From Podarcis bocagei (lineage: Eukaryota), in the NCBI GenBank assembly GCA_964188305.1, contig OZ076890.1: a stretch of 64,000 nt of DNA; one strand, written 5' to 3'. This document shows positions 49,282-61,795 of the stretch, piece by piece. The notes below the pieces were generated by a model that was not told where the DNA came from, searched no databases, and saw only the letters and a program-made list of their open reading frames with translations. The position numbers and the translations under genes are program-made. The first letter of the stretch is position 1, and every line of letters starts with the position of its first letter.

Positions 49282-49635
49282 AAAGGTAAAGATAAAGGGA
49301 CCCCTGACCATTAGGTCCAGTCGCAGACAACTCTGGGGTTGCAGCGCTCATCTCACTTTATTGGCCGAGGGAACCGACGTACAGCTTCCGGGTCATGTGG
49401 CCAGCATGACTAAGCCGCTTCTGGAAAACCAGAGCAGCGCACAGAAATGCCGTTTACCTTCCCACCGGAGCGGTACCTATTTATCTACTTGCACTTCATG
49501 CTTCTGAACTGCTAGGTTGGCAGGAGCAGGGACCGAGCAACGGGAGCTTACTCTGTCACAGGGATTTGAACTGCCAACCTTCTGATCGGCAAGTCCTAGG
49601 CTCTGTGGTTTAACCCACAGCGCCACCCGTGTCCC
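49282..49635 (-). mobile_element. Sauria-SINE-like element
   Basis: Reverse complement of the 24359-24712 family, with flanking repeat CTAGTCAAAT. Confidence 0.85.
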
Positions 49636-50302
49636 TACACCTAGTCAAATACATTAAACTAGGGTTCCTCAATTTGGTGCCTTCCACATATTTTGGACTA
49701 CAATTCTCATCATCCCCAGCCGGCACAAACATGCTGGATGAAGCAGATGGTAGTTACAGCCCAGAACATCAGGAAGGTACCAGGTTGGGGAAAGGCTGAG
49801 TTAAGTAGACAGACGGCACATGGCTGTGGTGTATTGGGGCTCAGAGTCTGTTGAGAAGCTTCTGCATTTAGAGACATGTCTTAGGAACTTCGACCAGAAG
49901 CCTCATTGCCGTCAAAGGAACAGTTCAAGGAATTGCATTTGCTAAGTCATCAAACTGGGGCCTCGATACATTCCAACTGCCTGCTGTTTATTAATTTGCC
50001 ACAGCTGCCTGTGACAGTTTTGACTCTCTTTTTAAAAAATGTAAATATTAAAGATGCCACAGTAATTAAAAAATGCTGCTAGAAGAGAAGTCTATGCGTT
50101 ATGTAACATATTTCTACATTGCTTTTCCAAGCAGCCATTAACTTTTCTTTGTAGCATTGAAAAACATACTTTTTAAAAACATCGGATAACCGCTGATCTT
50201 AGAACAAAGCATACAATTCATGAACACTCAGAAAAGCTTCATGACTGATTGTGTATCTTTTTAAAAAAATGGGATAGAGAGAAGACTGACTGCCCATCTT
50301 AC

Positions 50303-50451
50303 CTATCCTCTTCTGGATATTGAACAGATCTTCGTATGATGGTGTACGATGGACGCTGAGCATTTGTTAAGCACTTGCAACCAGTGTGGTTTGCAATTTT
50401 GACTTGAATCGGATCTGGCACATTTGTTAAAGGAACTGAAATCTCAAAGAG
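50303..50451 (-). CDS. VEGFD: VEGFD exon 4
   Basis: LFEISVPLTNVPDPIQVKIANHTGCKCLTNAQRPSYTIIRRSVQYPEED. 149 nt. Contains the IIRR/S convertase site. Confidence 0.95.
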
Positions 50452-51055
50452 CTGGAAAGATGAAATACAGCATTTTTCACTACTCCTATTAAAACTCATC
50501 GTTAAATAGCCTCCCCTCATTGTTAAATAGCCTCCACATTTCCTGCTCAATGAAGCAAAATACCGGTAGTGGACTGAGCTTCATCTTAGGAATCCTCAGT
50601 TACAATTCACCCCTAAGGACATGCGATGGGCATGAGTCTAACATGTACCTGAAATCTTTGATAGTCTGCAGCTCCTTGTCATGTGTTCACGCCATGTCCT
50701 CCTCTTCACATTGTGGAGTCTATAGTTCTACAGACTTGAATGAATGTGGGACAGCCACACTTCCTCTGCCATGGTGAATAGATTCATAGCTATGGACAAC
50801 TTTCATGGCCTTGTTCTTCCCCAACATGGCGTCCTCTGCGTGTTTTGGGTTACAACTCCTATCAGCTGGGGTTGATGGGAGTTCAACGCCAGAGGACACC
50901 CCGTTGGGTGGCTGGTCTTCCTACACACACTTACTTAGGAAAGAGCTATCTATGAGTCTATTCCATTAAGAGGGGCTTGCTTCAAAGCCAACCTGCATAG
51001 GATTTGACGGTTAAGGAGAAACAAACTGCAGAAGAGTAGAAAAAAGTCCAAATAC

Positions 51056-51246
51056 CATTTTAGATATGTAAGATGTGCTGGTGTTCACGCAGCTTAGGCT
51101 CTCTTCATTGCAGCAGCCTCCGCATCTGTAGACATTCACACAAGGAGGCTTGAAGAATTTATTGGTGGCCATGCCCAGCTCTTTGGCAACTTCCACACAG
51201 GTCTCCCTCGGCACGCACTGAGTCCTTTGCCACTCCTCATCTATGA
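51056..51246 (-). CDS. VEGFD: VEGFD exon 3 (cystine-knot VEGF homology domain)
   Basis: VIDEEWQRTQCVPRETCVEVAKELGMATNKFFKPPCVNVYRCGGCCNEESLSCVNTSTSYISKM. 191 nt. Confidence 0.97.
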
Positions 51247-53301
51247 CTGGAGAACAAAGGAGCCATTCTAAAAGCAGCAATTGCCATCACACAACTGGGC
51301 TCACCAGCTCACTGGCTTGCTCTCTTGAGTCCTTCGTAGCTGTGTGAGATGCAGCACTGCACTTTGACAACATTATGACATCTGCTGTTTATTAATATAA
51401 ATGAGCCAAGCTAGTTGTGCAATGAAATGCGGCAGAGTGGAGTGCTCCCTCTGCCATGGTATTTCATTCCCACCCACCCCTGCAACAGCTGGTCAACATT
51501 TCATGGCCATGCTCAGTCCTCACTGGGCTGTCTGATAGACATGGTTCTCCCATGAGTTTTCCCTGTAAAAACCTGGCACTGCTGCAAACCAGTTTGTGCT
51601 TCCTTTCTGTGTTTGGATGGTCCCCTGTTGGCCTGCAGGGATGCACACTCACCTCTGAAATGGCAGTTTGGAAAGAGAGGGATCATGATCAATTCTGAAT
51701 TGCTTCAATAACAGTGAGAGCTTTACCAACTGACCACCATAGCTGATGTAGTTATAATTTTTCCCCTTATCCTTTCTGTGCTTTACAATGTGTTCTGTAA
51801 AACCCAGATATGATAGATTTTGTCATCAGGCCCCTTAGAGGTGCAGGACTGACGTGGTAACTAACCTCATGATCTGCCAGATCCACACAATGCTGCCCAA
51901 CACTGATGATCCAATGCCATCATTGGATCCAGCTTGGGGTGACATGAAGCTTATGAATACCAGTTGCAGGGACTCACAGCTGAGGAGAACATGGTGACCT
52001 TCAGGCCCTGCTTGTGGGTTTCTCCAAGACATCTGGTTGGGTCACTGTGAGTTCAGGATGCTAGACTGCACTGGGCCCTTGGCCTGATCTAGTCAATCTC
52101 TTCTGATGTAACTGGCCAGAAAAGGGGTGGGAATAATGTCTGGCCTTCTCCTGACCTTTTAACACGTATCTGATGAGCTCAAAGGGGGCAGGTGAATCTT
52201 TTCATAACATGGTGGCAGACATTATGACCTGCTCTTTGGTCACCTGATCAAATGGCTGTTAAAAGGGACAGCTATAAGGGCCAGTTCAGGAATTAGCAAC
52301 CTTTGGTCTAACTACAAAAATGCAGATGCCACAGCACACCCGTAGGGTATGACCAGAGCCCATGGCATCCTTTCCAATGTTTTAGTCTCTGTTTCTTCCT
52401 CTCTTTGTAAGAACAGATGTCCAGGAAGCTCCTGCCCAGAAAAGTCCAAGCTGATAAAGTGTTTTACATCAGGGCACACCTAATAAAAACAGGCATTTGA
52501 ATGTTTCTGCATTTCAAGCTGCTGTTGGCACATTCCTTTTAAATATTGCTGTCTGTTTACATTTTTCATTGCAGTGGAAAAATGCTTTGTTTAGAGCATC
52601 ATTGCTTGAACTGTGTTGTGAGCGGAAACAAAGAAAAATACCTAGTTTTGTGCAGAAAATCTAAAGAAGTCTGTGGCAGGCTTAGAGGACATTCCTCCTC
52701 TTTTTGGTCTCCTTTGGTACGTAAGGCCACTGCCCATATTGCATTCAGCACACGTGAGACGGGATGCCTGATACAGATCTTGCAACAATGGGTTTGACAC
52801 CTGTCTGCACTTCAAACTCAGAACTTCGATCAAGCACCCTTTCAGCACATTGCATTTTTTGTTTTGTTTTTTTCAGGGTGTGAATTTGCAAGTTTGTAGA
52901 CACCTTTCCAGGTGAGCACATTAAATCATGGAATGAATGCTCCATGGCTTATGCTTTCCTTCCAGGGATCCATGCAGCTTTTCCCAGGGTAGCACCCCAA
53001 GCAAAAAAAAAGTCCATTGCTTTATTGCTGACAAAATGTCATTTCCTCCCAGCCAAACAAGCACCACAAACACGGTTGTGGGATGCTTTCGGTATAGTGG
53101 CTATGCTATATCAATACATATTGGACAGTGTCTGGGAAATCTCTAGACACATGGTGACTCCTATCCGTACCATTTTTGACTTTTTAAAATATTATTTTAC
53201 TTTATTTTCAAATGGATTTTTTTTTTAAAAAAAGACAGCTTCCTCCTTGTAGCACTCAGAGCACTGACATAACCTTATGAACAAGGAACAGACCCATCAG
53301 T

Positions 53302-53340
<39 letters not shown>

Positions 53341-54127
53341 AGGCACAAAAACAAAATGCATATAACAACCTGCCTTTCACATAAAAACAGGGGTGGCCCG
53401 AGACCTTTTGGCACCTGAGGAGAAACATCTCTCAAAAGTATGGATAATTTGGATGGTTAAAATTTGGATAAGTATTGATATGCAGTTATAAATATTATTA
53501 TTAGGACCCATGGAAGGGAAGGGGGAAGTCAGGAGATTCAGAGCAATCTCGATATATGGATCTTGAATTATTTTTTATGTGTGTTTATATTTGTTAAAAA
53601 TCAAATAAAAAAAACTTACACACAAAAAAGAGAAACGTCTCACAGCCGCCACCCCACCACACCCACACACCCCAGATGCGAGCGCAAACTCTGTAAGTCT
53701 TCCTCATCGGACCAGGGTATGGGTGGTGGTGAGGAAAGATCCTTTCTTGATTTCCACTTCCTGCCCAGCAGTGGAGTTAGGATTGACTCTTCCCATCAGG
53801 AAAAGCCGACCAAAGCCCCACCACACTGCCCGGTGAGGGGGACGAATCTCCCACCGACTTGTCAGCAATGCCTGTCCTCTCGCCAACTTGGTAGGAGGTG
53901 TTCTGCAGAGCTTTGCTGCCAGTCCTTCACAGCTGCTAGAGACCAGGGAGAAGACCAGTGGCAAAGCTGCGGGGTGGAAGAGGGGTGATGCTTCTTGCAG
54001 GATGCCACCTGAGGCAGCTGCCTCACCCAGCCTCATGGGTGGGTCAGCTCTGCATACGAACAAGACAGCAGCCCGACATATGTCACTGTGGATCCAGAAA
54101 TATTCAGTTCATAAACTGTGAGCCTAC

Positions 54128-54338
54128 CTTTCAGTATCTCAATATCATAGAAAGCAGCGGCAAATCTCGTGGAGCGATGCGAGGCTGATCTGGAATCCAG
54201 AGCGGCCATGCCCTTGAGCTTTAGCCGGCACTTCCAAAGCTTCCAGTCTTCAGAGTGGGTGATGCGAAGAAGCTCTTCCAGGCTAGCAGCTTTCCTGATC
54301 TGCTGCTCTGACCACTCCAGGGCAGAAAGTGACGTTCT
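54128..54338 (-). CDS. VEGFD: VEGFD exon 2
   Basis: RTSLSALEWSEQQIRKAASLEELLRITHSEDWKLWKCRLKLK...SRSASHRSTRFAAAFYDIEILK. 211 nt. Confidence 0.97.
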
Positions 54339-55126
54339 CTGTAAGAAAGGGGGCGGAAACAGAAGATCAGTCCTGTGCCTACATATATAGACCTTAGGTA
54401 GGAAAGAGCACACATTTCTGTTGAATATGCAAATGTAATATAGACTGTAAAAATATAGACTTTAAAATATATATCAGGCTGGGTTAAATAATCACTCTTG
54501 GATTAAAGGAGGTGTTATTTTCTAAGGTTTGTAACTAAAGAATTGGTTACAAAGGATCCCAGATATGGGATCACCAACCCATGGTTTTTCTATTATTTAT
54601 TTATTAACTAAATTTATATACCACCCTTCATCCTAGCATCACAGGGCAGTTTACAATATAAAAATACAAAAATACATAGCATACTAACAACAAAAGCAAT
54701 AAAAGCCATTGGTTGTTTAATTAGCCAAGGGTCTGGTAGAAGAGGAATGTTTTTGCCTGGTGACCAAATATATGTAATGAAGGCACCAGGTAAGCTTCCC
54801 CGGGGAGAGCATTCCACAAATGGGAGGCCACCAAAGAAAAGGCCTGTTCTCGTGTTGCCGCCCTCCAGACCTCTCCTGGAAGAGGCACACAAAGAAAGGA
54901 CTCCGATGATGGTTGCAGGGTCTATTCATAAGGGGAGAGGTGCTCCTTGAGATACTGCTGGATAAATAATCCAAAATGTCAGGAGTCTGTCCCTTGTTCA
55001 AATCTGATCAAGAATTCCTAATCATAGAAAAGAAATATGAAGAATTCCCCTAGCATACCAAGAAGTGCCTTGGGATAAACAAACATATATCCAGTCAGTA
55101 GAATCATGAAGAACTGACTTACAGTA

Positions 55127-55362
55127 AAAATAAAAAAATTCCTTCCAGTAGCACCTTAAAGACCAACTAAGTTAGTTCTTGGTATGAGCTTTCGTGTGCA
55201 TGCACACTTCTTCAGATACACATTCTTCAGATACACATTCTGAAGAAGTGTGCATGCACACGAAAGCTCATACCAAGAACTAACTTAGTTGGTCTTTAAG
55301 GTGCTACTGGAAGGAATTTTTTTATTTTGACTATGGCAGACCAACACGGCTACCTATCTACT
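55127..55362. mobile_element. Penelope-like element fragment forming an inverted repeat
   Basis: Perfect 90-bp arms at 55127-55216 and 55239-55328 plus a short tail. 14-bp TSD ACTGACTTACAGTA at 55113-55126 and 55363-55376. Each arm carries a hammerhead core. Confidence 0.8.
55182..55219 (-). ncRNA. Minimal type I hammerhead ribozyme motif
   Basis: 5'-GUAU-CUGAAGA-A-GUGUGC-AU-GCACAC-GAAA-GC-UC-AUAC-3' gives stem I, the CUGANGA core, stem II, GAAA and the NUH site. Confidence 0.7.
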
Positions 55363-56823
55363 ACTGACTTACAGTAGCCATGAAAAACATTCAACAATGT
55401 CCATAACATTTTACAGTTAACTTGATGTGTAAAGCAGTACTGTTGCATGCACAAGACAGAAGTGCTCACAGCATTAACACAGATTGTGTCTTCCTGTTAG
55501 GTTCCCAGGGAGACTGCCAAGCTTTTGGCCCAGCATATAACAAGAGAGCAGTGAGAGAAGAACTGGGAGGTAAATTTAGGAACTTATGACTGTCCATTTC
55601 AGAAGACCCTATTGTCTCCTGAAGTTGCACCCGTGGTCTTCACACTCTGCAGCATCGACTCACGGGGAATTATGAATTATTTGAGGACATTAATCAAACA
55701 TGGTTTGCTTTCAAGCAACCCAGGAACCAAGCTGTATAAGCTCCTTAACCTGGCACACACACAGTGCCATGCCACTGGTATGTGGAAGATGATTATGACC
55801 AAGCAGTACCAAAAATGTCAATCCAGGAGATACAAGACCCTGGTTGGTGGCTCCAGCCATTTCCCCCCCAAAATGGAATATATACAATAGCTGAAAGCTA
55901 CTCATATTTCCTTAGCTACTGTGTCTTGGGATTTTTGTTTTCAATTTATTGTAAGAGCTTGCCACATTGTTAAAAACCAAGTCAAATACACAACTGTATT
56001 TCTTGTGAACTTTGAAGCACTGGAAAGGGAGGGCATATCTTTCTACTCATTTTCATGAATAAAAAAGGCCTGGGCTGGATAAAGCTCTCCAAGTTCCCTT
56101 TACCTTCCCCACTCCCCCTCAAAGTGATAAGTCCATCAAGGACATGCGGTGGGATGTTTAAAAACATGTGCTTTTTATCTGCTCTTGCCGTTTTAAAAAC
56201 ATGGTGCATGGTAACAGCCTAAAAGAGAGGGCTCTCTTTCAAGACTTACCAAAGAAGAATGTCACTCCTCAGGGGAATTGACGGGATCAATTTTCCGGAA
56301 TATTGTGACCACATTTATTTTATGTAGAAACCGTTGCTCATCATGACTTTTAGTCACAAGGAATTTAGACGAGCAGAGGGTTCAGAAAGCCAATAAATAT
56401 GTTCATTGACAACATGTGTACTTTACAAAATTTCTTAACTCCTAAGGAAATAAATATTCACAGCACATGCCATGAAATGTAATTTGTGGTGGTAGCCCTG
56501 GAACATTGGGCTGTGTTTCCAATTGCTGTATTAAATGAAAAATAACTTTGATCTCTCATCTCTCAAATTTTGCTAATTAAGCAGGCGTGTAAATAGAGAA
56601 TATCCCCATAGCTAATCGGTTGAGCTGTGTTGAGGTGGCCTGGCTATTTACTGGGTTAGGGCAGGGTTTGATAGCTGGCCACCTAGGTATAGGAGGAGAA
56701 ATTAAATTCAGTGCACATTTAAAGGTGAATCTATCAAGTTTTCACTTTCTGAAACAATAAAAGAACTAAAACATAGACATCCTTTAAAATTCGTACTTAC
56801 CTGAATTTTGTGATGCAGCAATC

Positions 56824-56960
56824 CATAGAACTGTAGAGTTAGAACGGACCACAAGGGTCATTTAGTCCAACCCCCTGCAATGCAGGAATCTTTTGCCCAA
56901 GGCAAGACTCGAACTCATTACCCTGAGATTAAGAGTCTCATGCTCTATCAACTGAGTTAT
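56824..56960 (-). mobile_element. tRNA-Lys-derived SINE with CR1-like tail
   Basis: Minus strand reads ..CTCAGTTGATAGAGCATGAGACTCTTAATCTCAGGGTAATGAGTTCGAG.. (tRNA-Lys-CTT-like), followed by a GTTGGACTAAATGACC...TTCTATG CR1-type 3' end. A degenerate relative lies at about 10577-10690. Confidence 0.7.
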
Positions 56961-58267
56961 TCTGAGTTCCCACCAAACTATGTTTACAACAAAGCATACT
57001 TAAGGGGAAGGTGGGCATAAAATGAATATATTAGTGGGGGAGGGAGACAAAAATGATAATGTGGGGACACTGTTTGCAAAAATGAATACATTAGTCAAAA
57101 CTGCATACAAAAAAAATGGGCCACTTGACTATCCAAGCCTGAAAGTTCGATTTGGATCCCTAAAAAGTACAGTGCTCCCTTCTTCCCTAGGGCAGAAGAA
57201 ACATATTGAAGAAACCGTCTCTTACAGCACCTGCTCTTCAGATTTGGCTTTGCCAAACTTCCCCTCGTAGCTCTTTCTGGAACAGCTGTCTGGGAGAAAA
57301 AGGGCTCTCAATAAACAGCCTGAATCTTCTTTGCTCAGTGAACACATCCATAGGGTCAAGTACCTTTTTAAGGCAGATGGAGTCCTGGAGATTTACCGCA
57401 AACGTCCTGGCTTTGGTCAAAGGAAAGCCTGGACATTGGCTCTGAACTCCTGCTTGGAACCAGGGAAGAAGCGGGGAGTGAAGAGCGACATTGGAAATGG
57501 CGAGTGGGATGAAGATCTACATTGGGATTCTCTGCCGCTTTGGATTCTTGCACCTGAGGCGATTGCCTCACCTTCCCTCATGGGTGGGCCGGCCCTGGGT
57601 GTCACTGCCTTTCATTAGGTTCACAAATGCTAAGAGGGGAGAATTGTGAAGCTACTTTGCCCAGACAAGAGCCTACACACACACACACACACACACAGAG
57701 TGTTTCTTCTGCCTTGCTGCTTCCTGGAGATGATTAAATTCCACTTTCTCCCACCCGGTGCCTGCTGGCTACTCTCCCTACCCAACAAGAGAGGCATTGT
57801 TCTGTCTCTCCAAGCTCTTACCTCTTCCAAAACTTCCTCTGTGGTCTCTCCATCTATTGGTCCAAGCATGTGGGAGGAGCTCTGCTTGAACTGGGCCAAA
57901 CCAGAGCAGCTGTCTTTACAGGTCAGGGGCACTGCCAAAGCAATGGTTCCTCTTCTTTCCCAGAGGGCACAGTGTCTGGCCTTTTATGAAGTGATGGAGT
58001 TGGGTGCCAAGCCCAGCATTTGTGGGCTACAGGAACAGCAACACTACATAAGAGAGAGCCAACTATATAGGCACTCCCGCTGGACTTGACTGCTTCAGGT
58101 ATGCAGCACTGAGCTGTATTTAAACTCCAACACCTCTCTGGTCCTAACTCCACACACAGAGGCAGATCCTCTCTCTTTGTCTAATGAAACACAGGCTTCA
58201 ACTTGCTGTCATACTGGGACCAAGCCCATGTTAGGCAGGCTACAGTCATTGTGTAAAGTTCAGGAAA

Positions 58268-58268
<1 letters not shown>

Positions 58269-58343
<75 letters not shown>
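58269..58343. repeat. Compound (CT)n(CA)n microsatellite
   Basis: Direct observation. Other simple repeats: (CA)n at about 31506-31545, (GAT)n at about 41778-41818 and 48652-48678, (GT)n at about 53304-53335. Confidence 0.95.
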
Positions 58344-58346
<3 letters not shown>

Positions 58347-58531
58347 TGTTGTAATATGATATGGTGAGGGAAACCAACACTTTTTGCCACACACTGCTGG
58401 GAAATTTTAAAACATAGGCAGACCAGATGAGTCTTGGGGTGTGATCCAGCAGGGATCTTCTTATGTTTTTAAAGGGAATTCTGCACATAGGTGTTTCAAG
58501 GCATTTGCCCTACATAATTTAAGCTTGGGCT

Positions 58532-58686
58532 CAGTGGCGTAGCATGGGGGGTGCAGGGGGGGGCCGGCCGCACTGGGTGCAACATCTGGGGGGGGGGCGC
58601 TCGCACTTGAGTGCTAAAATCCACGGGTTAGGGGGCGCAAATTACTTGCCTTGCCCCGGGTGCTGACAACCAACGCTACGCCACTG
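58532..58686. mobile_element. GC-rich hAT MITE
   Basis: TIRs CAGTGGCGTAGC...GCTACGCCACTG with exact 8-bp TSD CTTGGGCT. Confidence 0.85.
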
Positions 58687-60495
58687 CTTGGGCTCTTCTC
58701 TGTAGCATAAAGATCCCTGCCAAGAGGATTGTAAAGCCAGTCCAGTCCATCAATCTACTTCGCACCAAGCTGCCCATAGTTCTATATGAAAGAAGAGCTG
58801 CTTGATGTCGCTGAGATTTAGAATAACCTGCCACTCAAAATGTTTCATAGTACTTTTGAGCCACAGGCTGCAATTCTGTACTCACTGACCTGGAAATAAG
58901 CCCCCTGCAATTCAATGGGGCTTTCTTCTGAGTAGGCAGGTATAGAATTGCATCAGCTGAAATATATTCCAAACTATAGAAAAATCAGCAAATAATAGGT
59001 AATTGGTGTAAAAAAGAACGATTTCAAAACCTCCGGAGATTTAACAAAATAGCCTATTCTCGTTCCTATGTAGAAATCATTGGCAGCCCAATCCTTATGC
59101 AAGGACGGTCAACAGTGGAGCTCACTCCCAAGCAATTATGCATAACATAGGTTTGCAGCCTTAATTTTATTAACAATAAATGTATTTTGATAAGTTAAAA
59201 GAAAATCATTTCATGGAGGATACCAGAAAGGCTGACTTCTACTCTAGCAGGAAGTAATGATAACCCTCCTTCTCTCTTTTTAGTTTGACCTACACAGTAT
59301 ATCCATGTTGCTTCTGCAATATAATTGGCATTATATCATTATACTGCAGAAATACCCTGGGGCCTGGCTGATTCACATTTTTGCCAAATGCCAGCAGTTA
59401 CATCCCCCCCCCCCCGTTAATGGGAACATAACAGGATTCTTGCTTGAATCTTCAATTCAGTTTTCTTATTTACTGAAGAAGCTAACAGTAGAATGTAACA
59501 AGTTAAGGAAATGAGGAACACTGATACCTTTTTAAAACTTTCAAAGTCTCGTAAATATGTTATTTACACAATGAAGTTGTAAGGGAGGCTAGAATATTAT
59601 CTTTTGAAAGCTTACATCATGAACCAACCTTAGAAGGCATTTTCCATATCAGATCTGGCAAAGAATTACTTCTCAAACCATGTAGGAATTCAGCCTTAAT
59701 TATTCAGACTGGATTGGTACATTATACAGCAGTAAGGAGTTTCTCTAATCACACACATATACATTTGACAATATCCTGGAATGACAAAAACTTCTAGGAA
59801 CTAGATATTAAAGGGTAGTAGCAAATACGTTATTTGGGAACAGTATTTAAAACCTAATTATTTTCCAAGTGGATCCGTGCAAAAAGAGAGTGACTGATAG
59901 GTCAAAAAGACAACCTTCCTAATCTTGCCAAAGAAAGAGAAAGCTTACAGGTAATGCACAAATTGTTTGGAGAGATGCAGCAAAAGCACTGACTGCAGAT
60001 GAAACAATTTAAGAGAAGGCTATGTTATTTCAAAAAAGTTCTGTCATACTGGAATTCTCAAAAAGGTTCCATTTGGCCATCTGCCACTGCTGAAAATGAA
60101 TTATCGTTTAACACAATATATTTTTAAGTGGCCCAAAAAGAAAAGTATCAATCAGCTGTGAATGTAGATTCATTACATTCCTGTTTTCTATATACTCCTT
60201 AAGGCAGAAGTCAGCCAAAAGTTAAATACTATTTATTTCAATGGGTTAGTTAAACATGCACTTTAGTCTTCCCCTTGGAAATCTGGCAGGTCAGAAAAAT
60301 GCTTAAATTGGCTGGACCGTGCTGTTAAATCTTCTCCGATGGTGTTACACGTGTAAAAGTTGTTTATTTATGCAATACTTAAGAGTCACCCCAGAAAGAA
60401 CTTTAAAAAGTGCCACTGTAGTCCGAAGATCGTTTCAGACAGGAAAACCCATGTGGTCTCGAGATGCAGACAATTCCAAAATAAAGCCCACTTAC

Positions 60496-60576
60496 CTTTA
60501 CAGATCCATGTTCAGAACCTTGCAGATGTAGAAAAGACACTATAAATATGTTTACAGTTGTCCACGGCTTGTACAT
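60496..60576 (-). CDS. VEGFD: VEGFD exon 1 (signal peptide)
   Basis: MYKPWTTVNIFIVSFLHLQGSEHGSVK|gtaagt. 81 nt. It resembles human MYREWVVVNVF...EHGPVK. Confidence 0.9.
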
Positions 60577-61679
60577 CCTTGTGGTTAACGTCCACACTTT
60601 GCTACACAGTTGAAGTCACACAGCTGGAGAAGAACGTTTCGAAATTCATTTCTCTACGAACTGCTATTGTTTTTAAAAATGCATACCCTGAATCTTACTC
60701 TCCACGTAAACTTAAAGAGTATACACGAGATGTAAACAGCACAGTTAAAAAAGAAGGGTAAAATTCACTTAAACAATGTCATCTCTTTCTTGTAGGTACT
60801 TTTTAGATATAATAAAAATACAAAAGTTAAAAAATGTTTCCAGAAGCAGGCAAATACAGGTTCCAGTCTATTAAAAAAAATAATCAATCCATTTCCCACC
60901 TGGACACAAAGAGAAACTCAAAATTAATTCGTGGTCCAGGAAAGGTTAAAATCTGCTGAGGGGGTTTGGTGCTCCATGTTACAAGCTTCCTTTTAAGACG
61001 GCAGTAGGACGGCCGATGCTTTGAGCTAGAGAGAGCTGTAATCCAACTCTCTGTATTGAAACTTTTTTTCACAGTCTTCATGGAAGCCTGCAGAAGCCTG
61101 CGTCTTAAATCTGATACAGACACTGGCAGAAAACAAGAGTCACATGTTGGCTCCTATCCCATTCTGTCCCTACCAATGGTGTAGTATTTACTAAACTAAC
61201 CGATGCAATGTGTGCCACCATTATTTTAAAAGGTATTACCTGAAACATGAAACTTCAGCACATGGTCTTACCAAGTATACATACAGCTACACACAGACAC
61301 ACACACACACCTTTCCTTTACGTTTTCTGTGTTGTAAGGATTTTGAGAAAACCATTTCATTTATTAAAGCAGTGCTTTTACAAAGAAAGGGCATGAGACT
61401 ATGTTTTAGATGAAAACATTTTTTATTACAGATAAACAGAATGTTTATATATCATGTATATCTCAGAGTAATAAAAATGGAGCTGTACCCGTCTATGACA
61501 CTCTAATAGCTAACTTTGGCTCCAGGCATACTAGAAATATTATTTGGGCTCAATCTGGCAAACCCACATGATCAGTACTAATGAAGCAAATGGAATCAGT
61601 AAATGCAGTAAAGATCAAGGTGTACAGCTGGAAAATTGTTTTTAAAAAAGCCAGTCAGCCTGGGTTCTGCTACCCCACA

Positions 61680-61795
61680 TCATTTGTTTCCAATCTTTGA
61701 TTTCCAAGTGGTGGCTCTCTCAAATCCATTTCTTGCATTTCTGAAGTCATTAAAGGCTTGTTGAATTTCTTCCTGTGTATTCATCACAAATGGAC
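61680..61795 (-). CDS. PIR: Pirin last exon
   Basis: GPFVMNTQEEIQQAFNDFRNARNGFERATTWKSKIGNK*. It matches the pirin C-terminus and the expected synteny. Confidence 0.93.

Noticed and set aside
56824-56960. Possible tRNA-Lys(CTT) gene
   Set aside because: The acceptor stem is degenerate and it is fused to a CR1-type tail, so it is a SINE.
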